Positions 1-13,874 are shown, counted from the stretch's first letter. The stretch: 64,000 bases of DNA from the human T2T-CHM13v2.0 reference genome, Homo sapiens (GCF_009914755.1 NC_060925.1), one strand, 5' to 3'. Numbers and translations: made by a program. The notes: a model not told the origin generated them from the letters alone.

Positions 1-2527
1 TTCTGAGGGAAGGACCATTTGGTTTCCTGGATTATAAAATGCAAGCAATACCTCAGAACCAGAATCCAGTCATTTCCCAAATGTCACTTTTCCTCCAAGA
101 ACGATCACTCCAGTATATGATCAGCAACGGCTTTGTAGAAATCAAGAAGGAATAAGTATGTTAAAAACTTTTGCTGATATAATTCAAGATAGTTTAGGAA
201 GGACACATGAATCATCATCACAGTAATTATTCAACTTCCCCTTTATCATAATTATATTTTATTGTAACTATTGGTTTATAGGTATTTTAGAGCTTTTGTT
301 CATTACTCATCTATATATTTCGTAAGTATCTTAAAATTCATGGAAAATAATCAAAGGTTCTTTTGGGATAATCTTTCTTCCTTTTACCTCTCCAGCCATG
401 CTACAATAATTACTCTTATTCTGCTGGCTACATACTGCCATTTGGGCTCTATCACCACCAAAACGTTTACTCCTTTTAATCAGAGAACTCTTATACAAGG
501 CAGCGTCTCCTACCCTCGTCACCAGCCTGCAAGGAGAGTTATTACAGAGTTTAATCTTAGTGCCTTGGTGAATTTATTCTCTTCAGAGTTATCTCAGATG
601 GAAAAAAGTTGGGTAAACTTAAGTCACAAAAACATTTTATATTCTTATCATTTCATATTTCTTCTTCAACATTAAGCCAAGGTACCTTTGATGTCCAAAT
701 GTTTTTAGGGTAGACCATTGTTAGATTGAGCTTTCAATTAGTCAACCAAACAAGCAGTTAAAACCACTCTGAGCTGCTTAAGGTATCACATTGAATTCAG
801 AATGTAGTATGTATATCAAAATATTTATGTCAAATTAAATTTAGAATTTATGCTACCTGTTCTAGCTTCACCTACTAGCCATTCCTATATATATTATTAA
901 TACACATGCTGATTTTTAGGATAAAATATATAAATTGTAATTTTTATGTCAACAGAGTCAAATAATTTTAATTTCATATGATTCAACCTAATAAATAAAA
1001 CCTCATCTCATTTTGAGGAGTACTTGCTATTATTCTTTTGGATATTCCATCTAATTCTTCTTATATATGAAGAAGAAATGGAAGCAGCATAAACAAAACT
1101 CTTCTGAAAGGTTACTACCTCAAGCAATGTATAGGGTTTCTACAAAAGGTAGATGCAAGCTTCTTAAACAGTGGATAAAAGACTGCTTATGCTGGAATAG
1201 TTTGGGGTATTCAGCATCAACTGAATCCACCCAAATACAACTATTTCAGTGATTTGGATACCTATTTCTTTTCAAATCTGCACCTATTTTTTTTTTATTT
1301 AGGACACCTAGAAAAATCTGTGAATTCAACTATTCTCTAATTTAGCAACTTAAAGCACTAGATTTGCATGTGACTTTAAGCTATGTTATCTGTGTGGCTA
1401 ATATAAAAGAAATTATTTCAGGATAGTCATAAAATCTCCCTAGTTCTTCATCATGTGATGAATTAAGCATTAAAGCTCTGCTCTTGTCTCTGTCTTTCTT
1501 GAAATATTTTGATTCAGACAGAAATTACCAGTCCACCCCTTTGTTCCTTGCGTTCTTTATTTACAACATAATGATAATCAGATTAGTATTTGATTACAGG
1601 TGACCACAAATAATAATTTCTATATTTTGTTTTTGCATGTTATGAATTACCAATGTCCCATTTCCAGGTAATTATGAGCCTCACTGCAAACTCAACAATG
1701 TCAAATGAATCACTCTGTTTCGCATCTTTGAGTCTACGTTTGCCCACAATCATTTAGAGTATGTAATAGCTTGTCAGTAAAGATACATAGAAAAAGTAGA
1801 AATTATTTTATGTATTTAGCAGAATGTAATTTAAAACAAGAAAATAGATGGCTAAAATTTATTAGAAGTTCCAAAGGAGTTGACTCCGGGCTAAGGCTTC
1901 TTATGTGATTGCCAGAAAACAAAACGACAGACCCTTGATAGAGTTATTATCTTTGCCAGTTATGAATGTGCAGCACTAAGAAATCATTGCTGGAACTACT
2001 GGGGTAATATATGAACACTCAACCTGAAATTCAAGAATCCATGATCAGGACATTGCTGCGAGAATTTGCACAAGATAATAGACACTGGACAGTGAAATCC
2101 AGCTGCTTTTAGTGCTGCAATTATCTTTTAATATACATTAAGTGAGTGACTCAACATTATAAATCTGTGATCTTGTTCAGCAAGATAAAATGCCCAGTGT
2201 GGCTTCTGCTTAATTACTTGTCTTTCAAATTTTATGGAATGATCAAATTTGTGAAACTTTACTCTTATTTAGAATGTAACATTAAGGGACTCTGAAATCA
2301 ATGTCCTATCTCTGCAACACAGGAAAGAAAACTAGAAGGTGGAAATAAATGTTGATTGTCAATGATATCCAGCCCAACTTAAAAGCCAGTATATTGAATG
2401 GGTCATACAAAGAATTGTTTGAATTACAAAAAATGATGAACATCCTTGGAGTAGAAAAGACTGAGCCGGCATCCAAATTCTTCAGGTAATGAGAATAATT
2501 AGACACAATGATATTATGTTTTTAGAT

Positions 2528-2719
2528 CAGGAGTTGACAAATTACAGCTTGGGTCCTGTTTCTATATGGTACTTGAGCTCAAAATATATTTTACATTTTG
2601 AAAGTGTGGAGAAAAAATAAAAAATGCACCAAAGAATCTACAACAAACCCTATGAGGTTCCCAAAACCTAAAATATTTACCATCTGGCTCTCTCCCCACA
2701 AAAAGTTTTCTGACCCCTG
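2528..2719 (+). mobile_element. MER58-family hAT-Charlie non-autonomous DNA transposon
   Basis: TIRs caggagttgacaaa...ttttctgacccctg, internal aaatatttaccatctggc motif, degenerate 8-bp TSD ttttagat/cgttagat. Confidence 0.8.
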
Positions 2720-4091
2720 CGTTAGATTGAGAAGAAATAGGTCAAAAAGCACATAATACATTGTGATTTAGTATTAATGAAGCAATTGATTTTTGTCTGC
2801 CCTTTTGTATATTCATTCCTGATGCCTCATGCCAGGTACACAGTATGTAGGTGTTTATTGAATAAACATATAGTATTTACAACATTACCAATTGTTGATA
2901 GATTTTAACATTGCCTTCTTAAGGTGTATATTTTTCACCTACACATACACATTCTTTTTCTGATAATGCAATAACACAAACAATATATTATATGAGATTG
3001 GTATGTCAAAGTGGTGTATAGACTTGTATTCAACCACATGTAAAATAGTATTATTTTGATAAAGGCTTTATCGCCACTCAGTTTTCATTTAATTTTGATC
3101 TCTTGCTACTCTGATGAAATTTATCTCAAGATATATATTTCATGTCATTTGAAACCTATTAATAATCCCAGTTTAATGGTGACTTCTCTTCATGCAGTAA
3201 AAAATAAAAATAAAAAATGCTATATGCATTTTTTTAAAAGGAAAGAAAACCAAAAATCTCTATTAAGAAATAAATTTTCCTTGTAACAACTAACGAGCTC
3301 ATGCACAGAATCAATTGTTTTTACTATAAACATGACAAATAATTACTTTATTTGGAAATATAGTATGAATTCATACCATTTTTATACTTATTTTTGAACA
3401 CATGAATAAATATATCTATATTTTTGAAAATATATTTCTCCAAGACAATGTTGTTATAATATCTGATACTTATATCTCTGATTTTACATACATCTGTATA
3501 ATGTGCATAATATAAAATAGTCTCTAAATTTGCATTTAAAAGTGTTCAAATGAAGACAAAATACAAAATTACATGTTGTAACAGCATGATAAGCATGCTA
3601 GTATTTGAGTAAGTGAATATGACATTAAATAGAAATAAATTGTAGTAGAAGTAAATGCACAATATTTTACAAACTCTTTTGTCTCTAGATATCTATTCTT
3701 TAAATTTAAAATGTACTTTACAAGTAGCACTTTTGAAAATGTCTTGCCAGTACATAGAGAAATGAGATACTTGTGTGCCTGCTTCTAGGGAATATTTTAT
3801 GATGTAATTTATTTGCAGGTAAGCCTTGTAGCACTAAGTTTATATCCTAATTCAGTGAAAAGATGGAGATTTAAAAATTTTTTCATACTCAGGAATTTGG
3901 TTTAATTTGCAAGTTAAAATTCCCTTCTAATAAAAATATGACTTTTTAATTGAAATATTGAACATAATTATAATCAAATGGCAGGTAAAATAATAACCAC
4001 TTTTTTTCTAAAAAAGCGAATTGAACAACTGAAATATTTATTTGCTGAAAATAGTATCTTTCATGTTTTTTTAATTTTTTGAGTGCTTTAT

Positions 4092-4124
4092 TTCTTTTTT
4101 AATTTTATTATTATACTTTAAGTT
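4092..4124 (-). mobile_element. Extremely 5'-truncated L1PA 3' terminus (poly-A tail plus ~20 bp)
   Basis: ttttttaattttattattatactttaagtt is the reverse complement of the L1PA terminal sequence plus tail. Confidence 0.5.
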
Positions 4125-4302
4125 AATATCTTGTGTTTTCTTAAATATGTTTCCCTTTATATTCAATGACACATTGAAAAGTACTATATTAACATATAAT
4201 ATTACATTTCTGAATTCAAGGAACTCAAAATACTAGTATAATTTTGGAAGATGAAACTGGAGTAAAATTCCTAATTCTACCTAAAGCTAAAATTTGATAA
4301 AG

Positions 4303-4541
4303 TTGCAGCAGAGGCCTTAGACAGCCCCACAGAGAATTCCGCAGGCTGGAGGACTATTCAGAGAAGCTATAAATTAAGATCCTGGCATTTCACCAGTCAC
4401 TGGACACAGATTGCCCCAACAAAATAATTTAACCTTGGGGTAAGGCCGCTTCTTTAGCAGTAAACAATTTCTGGCTGAAGAAAGGAAAGCTTTGGCTCTT
4501 AAAGAGGGGATCCGAGTGGTGTACCACAGAATTCAATATCA
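4303..4541 (-). mobile_element. ERV-L class LTR (LTR16A-like), partial 3' LTR
   Basis: aagaggggatccgagtggtgtaccacagaattcaatatca and upstream blocks (gcagaggcc..., accagtcactgga, aaccttgggg) resemble the reverse complement of the LTR16A 5' half. Confidence 0.65.
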
Positions 4542-7210
4542 CTATTGTGCCATTCAGATCTGTTTGCTTCCCATGGTAAGTCTAATTTTTCTGGGAACTA
4601 AGTCCTCCAGAATCCTGCTTAATGTCTTTTTCTAAGGAAATTTAGAAGAAAGTGGACAAACTACATACCATCACACTACAGTTGGTCTTAAGGAAATTAC
4701 TGATAGTCATCATCTTCCTTCTCTACTACTCATTTGAATCACTTTCAACCTTGGTTCCTACTTCTGCTCACCAAATTGGTTTACTTGAAAGGGAAACCTG
4801 CACCATCATCTCCTATGGGGTCTAGGTTGCACCATACACTTCTCAGACCTTGATTGTTGCATTTGTCCTTTCTATAAGACAATTGACCACAGGAATAACA
4901 AGACACACATCAGTGGATCATCTCAGTAGCAAGCAGAATTTTCTGTCTCATCATTGGAATGGCAGCCCTTCTACTTCCTACGGTAAGGATAAATTACTAC
5001 TAACCATAAGAGTGACTCTTTTTCTTGCTTCTGGCTTTATGCAGAAGTAGTCCGATGTGGCTAAAAGTGTAAAGGGAACATGTTCACATGATTGCCCCAA
5101 GAAGATGCTTGCCCTCTTTGAAAAAGGTCAACTAGAAAAATAGAGGCTAAAGGTATGGTAAAAGAAAGCACAAATTCATACAGTCAGTCACTGGGAGTGA
5201 TGGTAATTGGGGTCACATACACTTTCAAATGTCAGTTCTTAGACTCATATCTTCTGCCATTTGGGGATAAAGGGTTTTATAATAACTACTGATTAGGAAG
5301 TAAGTGGCGACACATCCTCAAATTCTGACTTCTCCTAAATGATGAAGTAAATACACATTCAAGGCTTATCAAAATGCTATTTGATCACTCTGAAAGTCTG
5401 AGAGCTCTGGTTGGTAAGTGAGAGATAAAGAAGAGGACTGGAGGATCCCATGGCCATGTATTTACAACCATACTTCTTTTGCTGTAAATCGGGCCTTTTG
5501 GTTTGGGGCAATGATACATATGATTACAAGCCAGTGTATTAAACATTTTGTTAGCCCTCAGATTGCTGCTGGCTGAGGCCCTGTGGAATAGAATGATATA
5601 TGACTGAAGTATACATGGATTCCAATCAAGAGGAACTGTTACCAACTTTCAGGATGAAAGAGTTCAAATTCAATAGACTCACCATGAAGTTACTGGTTAA
5701 TCTTCTCAAAGGACAATACTATATGGCAGACTCAACTTTAGTCCTTGCTGCTGACTGGTTATATATTTACCATAGCTCAGCCCTGATGTGTGAGATCACA
5801 GCTGTTGAGCCAAAGAAATTTTACCTCCTTGCAGCCATGGCCACTCTTTAATTAGCCTGTTGTGCCAGTCTTGGGATGTTCCATGTAAGAACCCTACTGA
5901 CATCACTCTCCAAATATTTCTATCTACCCTGAGTTACTCTAAGTAGCTAGTTTGATCCACTTTGTGATCAGTACTGTGTGGTGAGGGTTAGCAAATTATG
6001 TAAATCTCTTCACTCTGCATCTACTCACCTAGGACTCTCTATGCTTTTATACCTAATCTTTTTATCCCTGATTTTCTAATCTTTCTCCTTTAAGGCTGTC
6101 ACTCACTAGCTAAGTCACTTCCCAGTTCACTACTTTATGTAATTACTACCTAGGACAACTTTCTACTTCACACAAAGTACACTTCTTGTTTTTTAGGGCC
6201 ACCTCTTTTAGGGGCTGTATTACAGCAGCTGTCCACTTTCAGTTACCTCTTACATATTCAACTGACTCATCTTGAATGCTACTATCCACCCTACTTAAAT
6301 ATGTACTGCTTCTAGTTCCATTTTTATTTACATGGATATAGAAAACAGCATTGACCATATCAACAGTTTCCTATAATTATATCATATTTGGCAAAGCAGC
6401 TACATCAGAAATGATTAAATTTATGATAGTTCACAATTATTCACTAGGACCCATCTGGTATTTGTAATGACCTGGTAGGTAAATTAAATACAGATATGAA
6501 GAGATTCACCATTTCCACATCTTTTAAGATTTTTATGATGGTATTAACCTTGGTATTTATTTAGGATGACATATTGTTTTTGACTTGTAATCTTTGTCAG
6601 AGTTGAAATGGAAGTGCACAATTTCATAGGCTTACACTTGGTCTTCTGCCTTAGAAAGGCTTTTATCCCACAAGCAAAGGAATTCAGTAAGAGTGTGAGA
6701 TTGTGACAACTGTAAAACAGTCTCTTTTAAATTATATATTCAGGGACCAGAGACTTTTATTCAACTGTGTGTTCTAATTATTTTTATCTATCAAACTCAG
6801 GATTTAGGTCAATACAGTCTTTCTGAGGTATTATTACTTCACATTGGATAGTTTCTGATGCTTTGTTGGCTTATGTTATCTTTTATATCATAACAAGATG
6901 AATACTTTTTTGGCCAGGTGGTAATGTAGTTGACCCTAGTCAAGTGTATCTGGATCCCATGGAGGTCATGCATTGTCTTGCAAGGCACAGAGTGGTCTGC
7001 AGCAATGGGAGAGTATTAGAGTTTAACAAGAAGTAGTTCATTTCTGCAGGTCCAGAAAGACTTGAGGGCAGTCTGTTGTTTCAAGCTTCTTGGATGCATG
7101 TATCTGTATGTCTATTCCAATTTTCTAAGTTGTATTCCTTCCCAATGAGTACCCTGACTGTGGGATAGAATAGTTTCTGGGATTGAATGAAATTACAAAG
7201 ATGCCCTACT
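4542..7210 (-). mobile_element. Decayed ERV-L internal region (ERV3-16A3-like) with pro, RNase H and integrase remnants
   Basis: Minus-strand translations: KWTAAVIQPL (~6209-6239, ERV-L RNase H KWTAAALQPL), SGHG (~5835-5846, integrase HHCC region), IGIDI (7107-7121, protease); correct order relative to the LTR. Confidence 0.7.
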
Positions 7211-7287
7211 TGAGTTTATACTGAAGTATAAAATAAGTAGTATAATTAGTAACATAGCCTTGTGAAATGGTAAGCACATTTTTCATG

Positions 7288-7433
7288 GCACTTGGGAGGC
7301 TGAGGTGGAAGCATTGCTTAAGCCTGGGAGGTTGAGGCTGCAGACAATGAGCGGTGATCGCACCAGGGCATTCCAGCCTAGGCAACACAGTGAGATCCTG
7401 TCTCAAAACAAACAAACAAACAAACAAACAAAA
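7288..7433 (+). mobile_element. Old Alu right-arm monomer (AluJ/FRAM fragment) with (AAAC)n tail
   Basis: gggaggctgaggtgg...gttgaggctgcag...gagatcctgtctc followed by (aaac)n. Confidence 0.9.
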
Positions 7434-7539
7434 CCATTGTATTCTTTCATTTTTCCTGGTTAAAATAAAGAATTTGCCATACATACAATATTCAATACCT
7501 GAAGAAACTATTGGTCACTTTTTAACTTTGGTTAACTAT

Positions 7540-7900
7540 CTTTGAAGAAGAGAGGAGAAATATGGAGTAGCTGGTGGAGAGAAAAGTTAACATCAAAAAT
7601 GTTATTGTTGTTATTTTTGACGGACTGTCTAATTGCATATTTTAGTGCTAATTGGCATGATTTTAAAAATGAAAGAAAAACTGATAATGCAGTAGGGAAT
7701 TGAAAAATTGCTTGAGTAATACCTTTGAGTTGAAGGATTGGTCGTATGTTTAATCAGTACACTAAAAGCATACCAGCTGTGTAAGTGGGAGGCTTGGTGG
7801 TATGTAATTTGGGAAGTTCTCCTTTGATTGATTATTTTTTTCTTATGTTTTCAGTGAAATAAAAAGTAGTTATAAAATAAAGATAGAATGAAGAAAAAGT
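7540..7900 (-). mobile_element. L2 fragment (highly diverged; probably continues at ~8860-9250)
   Basis: Purine-rich L2-like blocks: agaaatatggagtagctgg..., gcatattttagtgctaattggcatga. Confidence 0.45.
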
Positions 7901-8129
7901 TATCATGTGCCTAAGAGAAAACAATGTTTGAAATCACTATTCAGAGGAGTGAAAAGATGACAAGACTAGTCAAAAATGGAAAGACAGCTTGGAAACCCTA
8001 GAAGCATACTGAGGATAATGATAGTGAATATTATGGAATCCTAGTGTATAATTTCAGTTAAAAGGTAAGCAATTTTAATTGAGAAATTCTCAAAATAAAG
8101 TGGCTTATAAATTTATCTCTTATAAATAA

Positions 8130-8453
<324 letters not shown>

Positions 8454-9879
8454 TAAAGTGACTATATTTATCTCTCTTTTAAGTAACAGACCCGAGGTGA
8501 TAGCTCCAGTTTGCAGAGCTATGCTCCTACTACAGAAGATTATTAAATGACCAAGCTTCTTTGCAGACTTTATTGTCTTTTTTTCTAGGGACTGACTTGA
8601 ATTGCATGTTAGAATACGACTCACATACACAAATGATCACAGAAGATTGTTTAAATTCCTTTGTAAGTAAAATGACAAAGAATGAAAACATCGCTTCTGC
8701 TGACATTTAATTGGTTAAATCAGCACAGCTGCCATAGGGGCATAGGATGCTGAAAGTATAATGCAATAGTTATCTACCTGAGCATCCAACTATTGTAGAA
8801 GAGGGAGATAATAGATTTGAACTAAATTTCAGTGCCTTGCATATACAGAAAACATTTAAAATATTTTCTCAATCCACATTCAGGTGTAATGTGAGTGAAA
8901 AGAAGGGAGAGATGTCTAAGGAATTTGAGGGTGCATGCAAACAAGTGATTATGATATTGAAGCAAAAGATCCAAGCTTTGGAAAGAGTAAAATAAAGATG
9001 TAGGGGGCTGCTGCTGAGGGTTACTGAAAAAAAAAAAAAGGTAAGAAAAACAGTTTTATAGAAGTGGGTGTGAATGCTGGAGGAGACAATAAAAGAGTGA
9101 AACCCTTCAAATCAATTTTTTAGGGTGGGTAAATAGTAATTAGGAATTCTAAAAAATATACATAGGGCTGGATTGTCAATTCATGTTGCTAGACAACATT
9201 ATTGGAGAAGAATTCAAGGAACTGAGAGGCCATTTCTGCAGATGTACACATTGAAATACTACACTGGAGAAGTTACCGTCTGTGAGTCTACTTAAATGAC
9301 AATCATTCATCCTCTCCTCTTTGAACAACATCTTGGCACAGATTTTCCGTATTTTCAGCTTTTCTTGGCACAGCTTTTTTGCTTGCGTATGGTTTTACCG
9401 GTGAGCCATTCCCAATCACTTCTTATGTGAAAAATTTAAAAACAGAAAATACGCCTTTACATTTCCAAATCAAGAGAAAAAAATGGAGTCCTACTCAATA
9501 GATTCAAACAGTGAATAAGAAAACGTATCGTGTGTCTTTTCATTCTGGTTTTGATAAAATAATTTACACTATCTGCCTGCCAACGCATGGCTAATCCATA
9601 TAATAACACATTTCACTATTTTATGCAGAAGGGCATTTAATGCTTAAAGAGAAAGACTGTGCTTCTGTTTAGTAATTCAGCCAGGAAGTTATGTGTGTGT
9701 TTTAATCTTTCCTTGACATAAAAAACACTGCCACTTTTCATTCAGATTGCATTGCCTGTAATTCTGCTTCCTCCTCCAGAATTCTTTTTCTACTTGTTAT
9801 TTACATCTTTCAAATATTTGCAGATCATTTTCGTATTCCCTTAGCAAGCTATAAATTTTACACTACTTTAATCTCCCCC

Positions 9880-10050
9880 CATAAATCAGAATCCCCTTCT
9901 CATTATTCAGTTGTTTTTTTTTTTCTGGACTCTTTCCAGCATATACTACACAGGCTTGAATTTGAAGTGCCCCAGAATTAACTCAATATTGCAGCTGCAG
10001 TATCATCAATTACAATATTAATTTCCATTCTGGGTACAAGACATCTCTTC
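9880..10050 (-). mobile_element. Possible CR1/L3 fragment
   Basis: gtgcccagaattaactcaatattgcagctg resembles the conserved CR1 RT-region block (gcccagaactggacacagtactccag). Confidence 0.35.
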
Positions 10051-11249
10051 ATTTTGTATTTATTGTATTCATGTATTTGTTTATTTTTTGGCTGTGTTTT
10101 GTCACCTTTCTTTGTGAAATGTTTATAATTACCCTAGGTCTTTTATATATTATCATTTCTACTATATACAGATTAGTCACCAGGATATTCTCTAAAATCC
10201 GTGATTTTATTTCATATTTACTGTGATTTTGTTACTTAGAAACTTTGTTCTTCAAGTCTTAAAAGAATCATGTCATTTCATTGTTCATTCCCTAATTTAG
10301 ATAATTTGCAAAGGTATAAAAGAGAGGAGAAATAAAATTCAATGCTGGAGGTAAGCTAATTTATTACAGGTACTTTCTCTGCAGTAGGCACTTATCATGG
10401 ATGACATTTAATTTAATATTTAATTCAAAAATAAATGTTTATATTCCCATAAATTAGATTGTGATACAGTAGCATTTCATAAAATATTTCTATCCAAACT
10501 AGTAAGAATGAAATTTATATAGTGATTTTGTAGCTAAGTTCTAGTGCCTCTAGGAAGGTATCTTTTGTTTCTCTTAAAAGGGTTCTCAATTTTATTTCTT
10601 TTTGCATTTTATGTGTTACTCTGTAAAGTATGATTCTGAATGACCTAGCATAATATGAGCCCCAAGGACATAGAACAGTCCTGAACATTCTGAAAAATAT
10701 TAAATAGCTCCTGATTAATACTGTGATGCCTTGTCCCCAACTCCCCAAATACTATCCATATTGTAGTATCAATGGGTTATATTAAAAAGAATGCTGTATT
10801 TGTGTTTCTATGTGGAAGCTTAAAAAGGGAGCTGGTAACACTTCATAAACAAATTATCCTAATGAATTTAACTTATTTTTGAGTTTTGAAGTATGGCTGT
10901 AAGTATGTCATGAAAATGGAAATATTGAAAATGTGTAAATTGAATATATTTAACTGAATGTTCAAAGGCAGAGAGGCTTAAAATAATATATTCTGGACAC
11001 ATAAATTTTGGCTAGATAAGTTTGGGGAAGTAGAAGAGGCTTCAGATGAAATTTAGGTGAATGAATGTTATTGGTTCCTACCCAAAATTCAATACCGTTA
11101 TTTCCATTAATTTTGTTCAGGTTTCTAATTATATAATATGTGATTGAAGTGAAGATGATCCTATTTCTAGCTCCAGAGATTGTTTCTTATTAGTGATAGC
11201 CAATATCAGCCTACTCCATAAATGCAGGAAAAAATAAACAATTAATAGT

Positions 11250-11577
11250 AACGTGCCGGTGTGTTACATAGGTATACACTTTCCATGGTGGTTTGCTGAA
11301 TCTATCCACCCATCATCTACATTAGGTATTTCTCCTAATGCTATCCCCCCTCTAGACCCCCACTCCACAATAGGCCCTAGTGTGTGATGTTCCCTTCCCT
11401 GTGTCCATGTGTTCTCATTGTTCAACTCCCACTTATGAGTGAGAACATGCGGTGTTTAGTTTTCTGTTCTTGTGTTAGTTTGCTGAGAATGATGGTTTCC
11501 ACCTTCATCCATGTCCCTGCAAAGAACAAGAACTCATCCTTTTTTATGGCTGCATAGTATTCTATGGTGTATATGTG
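11250..11577 (-). mobile_element. L1PA7/8-like 3' UTR fragment lacking a poly-A tail
   Basis: Near-canonical L1PA 3' UTR (gttacataggtatac...ctcccacttatgagtgagaacatg...ggctgcatagtattc). Confidence 0.9.
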
Positions 11578-12425
11578 ATTGACCCACTGGTTGTTTAAGA
11601 ATGTAATGTTTTACTTTCATTATGTTTGTACATTTTCCACTTTTTTCCGTTCTTGATCATAGTTTCATTCTATTATAGTCAGATAAAATAATTGGTATAA
11701 TTCAAATACTTTTAAATTTACCAACACTTGCTCTGTGGCCTATGCTGGAGAATTTTCCACATGCACTTGAGAATATGTGTATTCTTGTGGCTTTGGCTGA
11801 AGGGTGTTACAAGTGTCTGTTAGGTCTACTTGTTTTACAGTGTTATTCAAATGTTTTATTTCCTTGTTTATCTTCTGTCTTGTTCTATTTATTACTTAAA
11901 ATAGGGTATGGAAGTCTCCAATGATTATTGTAAAACTGTCTAATTCACTTTTTAGTTTTGTTAACTTTTTTCTTCATATATTTTGGGGCTCCTTTGTTAG
12001 GTGTGTATGCTTATAATTGTTATATCTTCTTGATGAATTTGCCTTTTCTCTCTGTATGATGTTGTTTCTACCTTGTGGCAATTTTTGACTTAAAGTCTAT
12101 TGTGTCGGTGTGAGGATAGCCACTTCTGCTCTCTTACTGTTACAATTTGCATGAAATATATATATTTTCATTCTTTTTTTTTTCAACACTGTGTCTCTGG
12201 ATCTAAAGTGAGTCTTTCGTAGACAGCAGGTAGTTGAATATATATATTTTTAAATTCACTGTTTTATTTTATCAGTTTATTTATATTTTAATTATACATT
12301 AAGTTAAATACATTTGTTTATAATGTATTTATTAATACATTATACATTTTAATTATACATTAAATTAAATGTAATTTAATTACATTTTAAATTATACATC
12401 AGGAAGCACTTCTGCCATTTTTCTG

Positions 12426-12427
<2 letters not shown>

Positions 12428-12459
<32 letters not shown>
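12428..12459. repeat. (TA)n microsatellite
   Basis: Direct read. Confidence 0.9.
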
Positions 12460-12462
<3 letters not shown>

Positions 12463-12605
12463 CCTCAGTTTCTCCATTGCTCCTTTCTTTGGTATTTAAT
12501 TTTTATAGTGTACCACTTTTATTCCTTTCTAACTTTATTTTTCATATACGTTTTAGATTTTTTTAGTGATTTAATTAAGAATTACAATTAAACTTTTTGA
12601 TTTAC

Positions 12606-13067
12606 GGAGATTCCTCAAAAAATGAAAAATAGCCACCATATGATCCAGCAATCCCACTCCAAGCTATATACCCAAAAGAAAGTAAATTGGTCTATCAAAG
12701 AGATATCTGCACTCCCATATTTATTGCAGCACTATTCACAATAGCCAAGATTTGGAAGCAGCCTAAGTATCCCTCAGTAGATGAAGGGATAAATAAAATG
12801 TAGTACATATACACGATGGAGTATTATTCAGCCATAAGAAGAATGAAATCCCATCATTTGTGACAACATGGATGAAACTGGTGGTCATTATTTTAAGTGA
12901 AATAAGCCAGGCACAGAAAGTCAAACTATGTTCTCACTTGTCTTTGAGACCTAAAAGTTAAAACAATTGAACTCATGGAGTTAGGTAGTAGAAGGATGGC
13001 TACCAGAGGCTGGAAAGTGTAGTTGGTGGTGGGGGAAAGTGGGGAACCGGGGCTGTATAATAAGACC
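12606..13067 (+). mobile_element. L1MA 3' segment; inverted copy of 14363-14833
   Basis: L1MA ORF2 end/3' UTR; shares non-consensus bases and a 59-bp perfect block with the reverse complement of 14636-14694. Confidence 0.85.
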
Positions 13068-13874
13068 CACTGATTAAGAATGTGATGTTTTACCTTCATA
13101 TGTTTGTAAATGTCATATATTTGTAAATACATGAATTTATAAGTTTATAAAAATTTATTTATATTATTACCACCTTAGCTACAATGACGTACAAAACTTT
13201 GCACTTATACATCTCTGACACTCCCTCTCTATGTTGTTATAGTCCTGCATGAAATATTTATAGATCGTGTTCGTATGAATACTTATTTATAATAATTGTT
13301 TATTAATTGGCTTTGAAATCATATATCCAGAAGGGAATTACAGACCAAAAATTGAATTATCATAGCGTTTGTATTTACCTGTGTGGGTACATTTTCCAGT
13401 CTTCTTTATTTCTTGGTTTGGTCTCGAGTTACTGTCTAATACTTTTTCATTTCCACCTGAAGGACTTGCGTGAGTATTTCTTTCTTTTTTTTTAATTTAA
13501 TTGCCTGAATGGTTTGTTTTATTGTTATTTATCATGAAAACATGTATAAAATATATGCAGTTTTTCAGATAAACCCAAAGGATAATGGAAACTACCTTCC
13601 TACTTATTATTGAATGCATTATTCATAAAACCACTTGAAATCAAATTAATTCTAAATTATTCCCTCATTAAATAAAAACATTATAAACTCACAAAACCTA
13701 ATGTTTAAACACATAAGATATAGTGTGGTTAAAGAAATATAATTTAAGTTTCTTTTTTTTTTTAAATGTCTTCAATGTATTAGTCTATATGACTCATTGT
13801 TAGTCAACATCGTGCAGGCAAAATGAAAGACACTTTCATTCTAATGCTGTTGTTTTCCCCTTTACCGTTTTTTA

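Larger units (their letters stand above)
11578..13478 (-). mobile_element. Old L1M (ORF2 endonuclease/inter-ORF region), interrupted at ~12606-13130
   Basis: L1 antisense motifs: gcacttgagaatatgtgtattct, gaagtctccaatgattattgt, gacttaaagtctatt, gtagacagcaggtagttg. Confidence 0.8.

Noticed and set aside
271-675. 134-aa ORF
   Set aside because: Non-ATG start, F/L/S/I-rich composition typical of chance AT-rich ORFs, and no recognisable domain or splice context.
12285-12400. AT-rich quasi-palindromic repeats (aatgtaatttaattacatt)
   Set aside because: Low-complexity slippage within an L1; not significant by itself.
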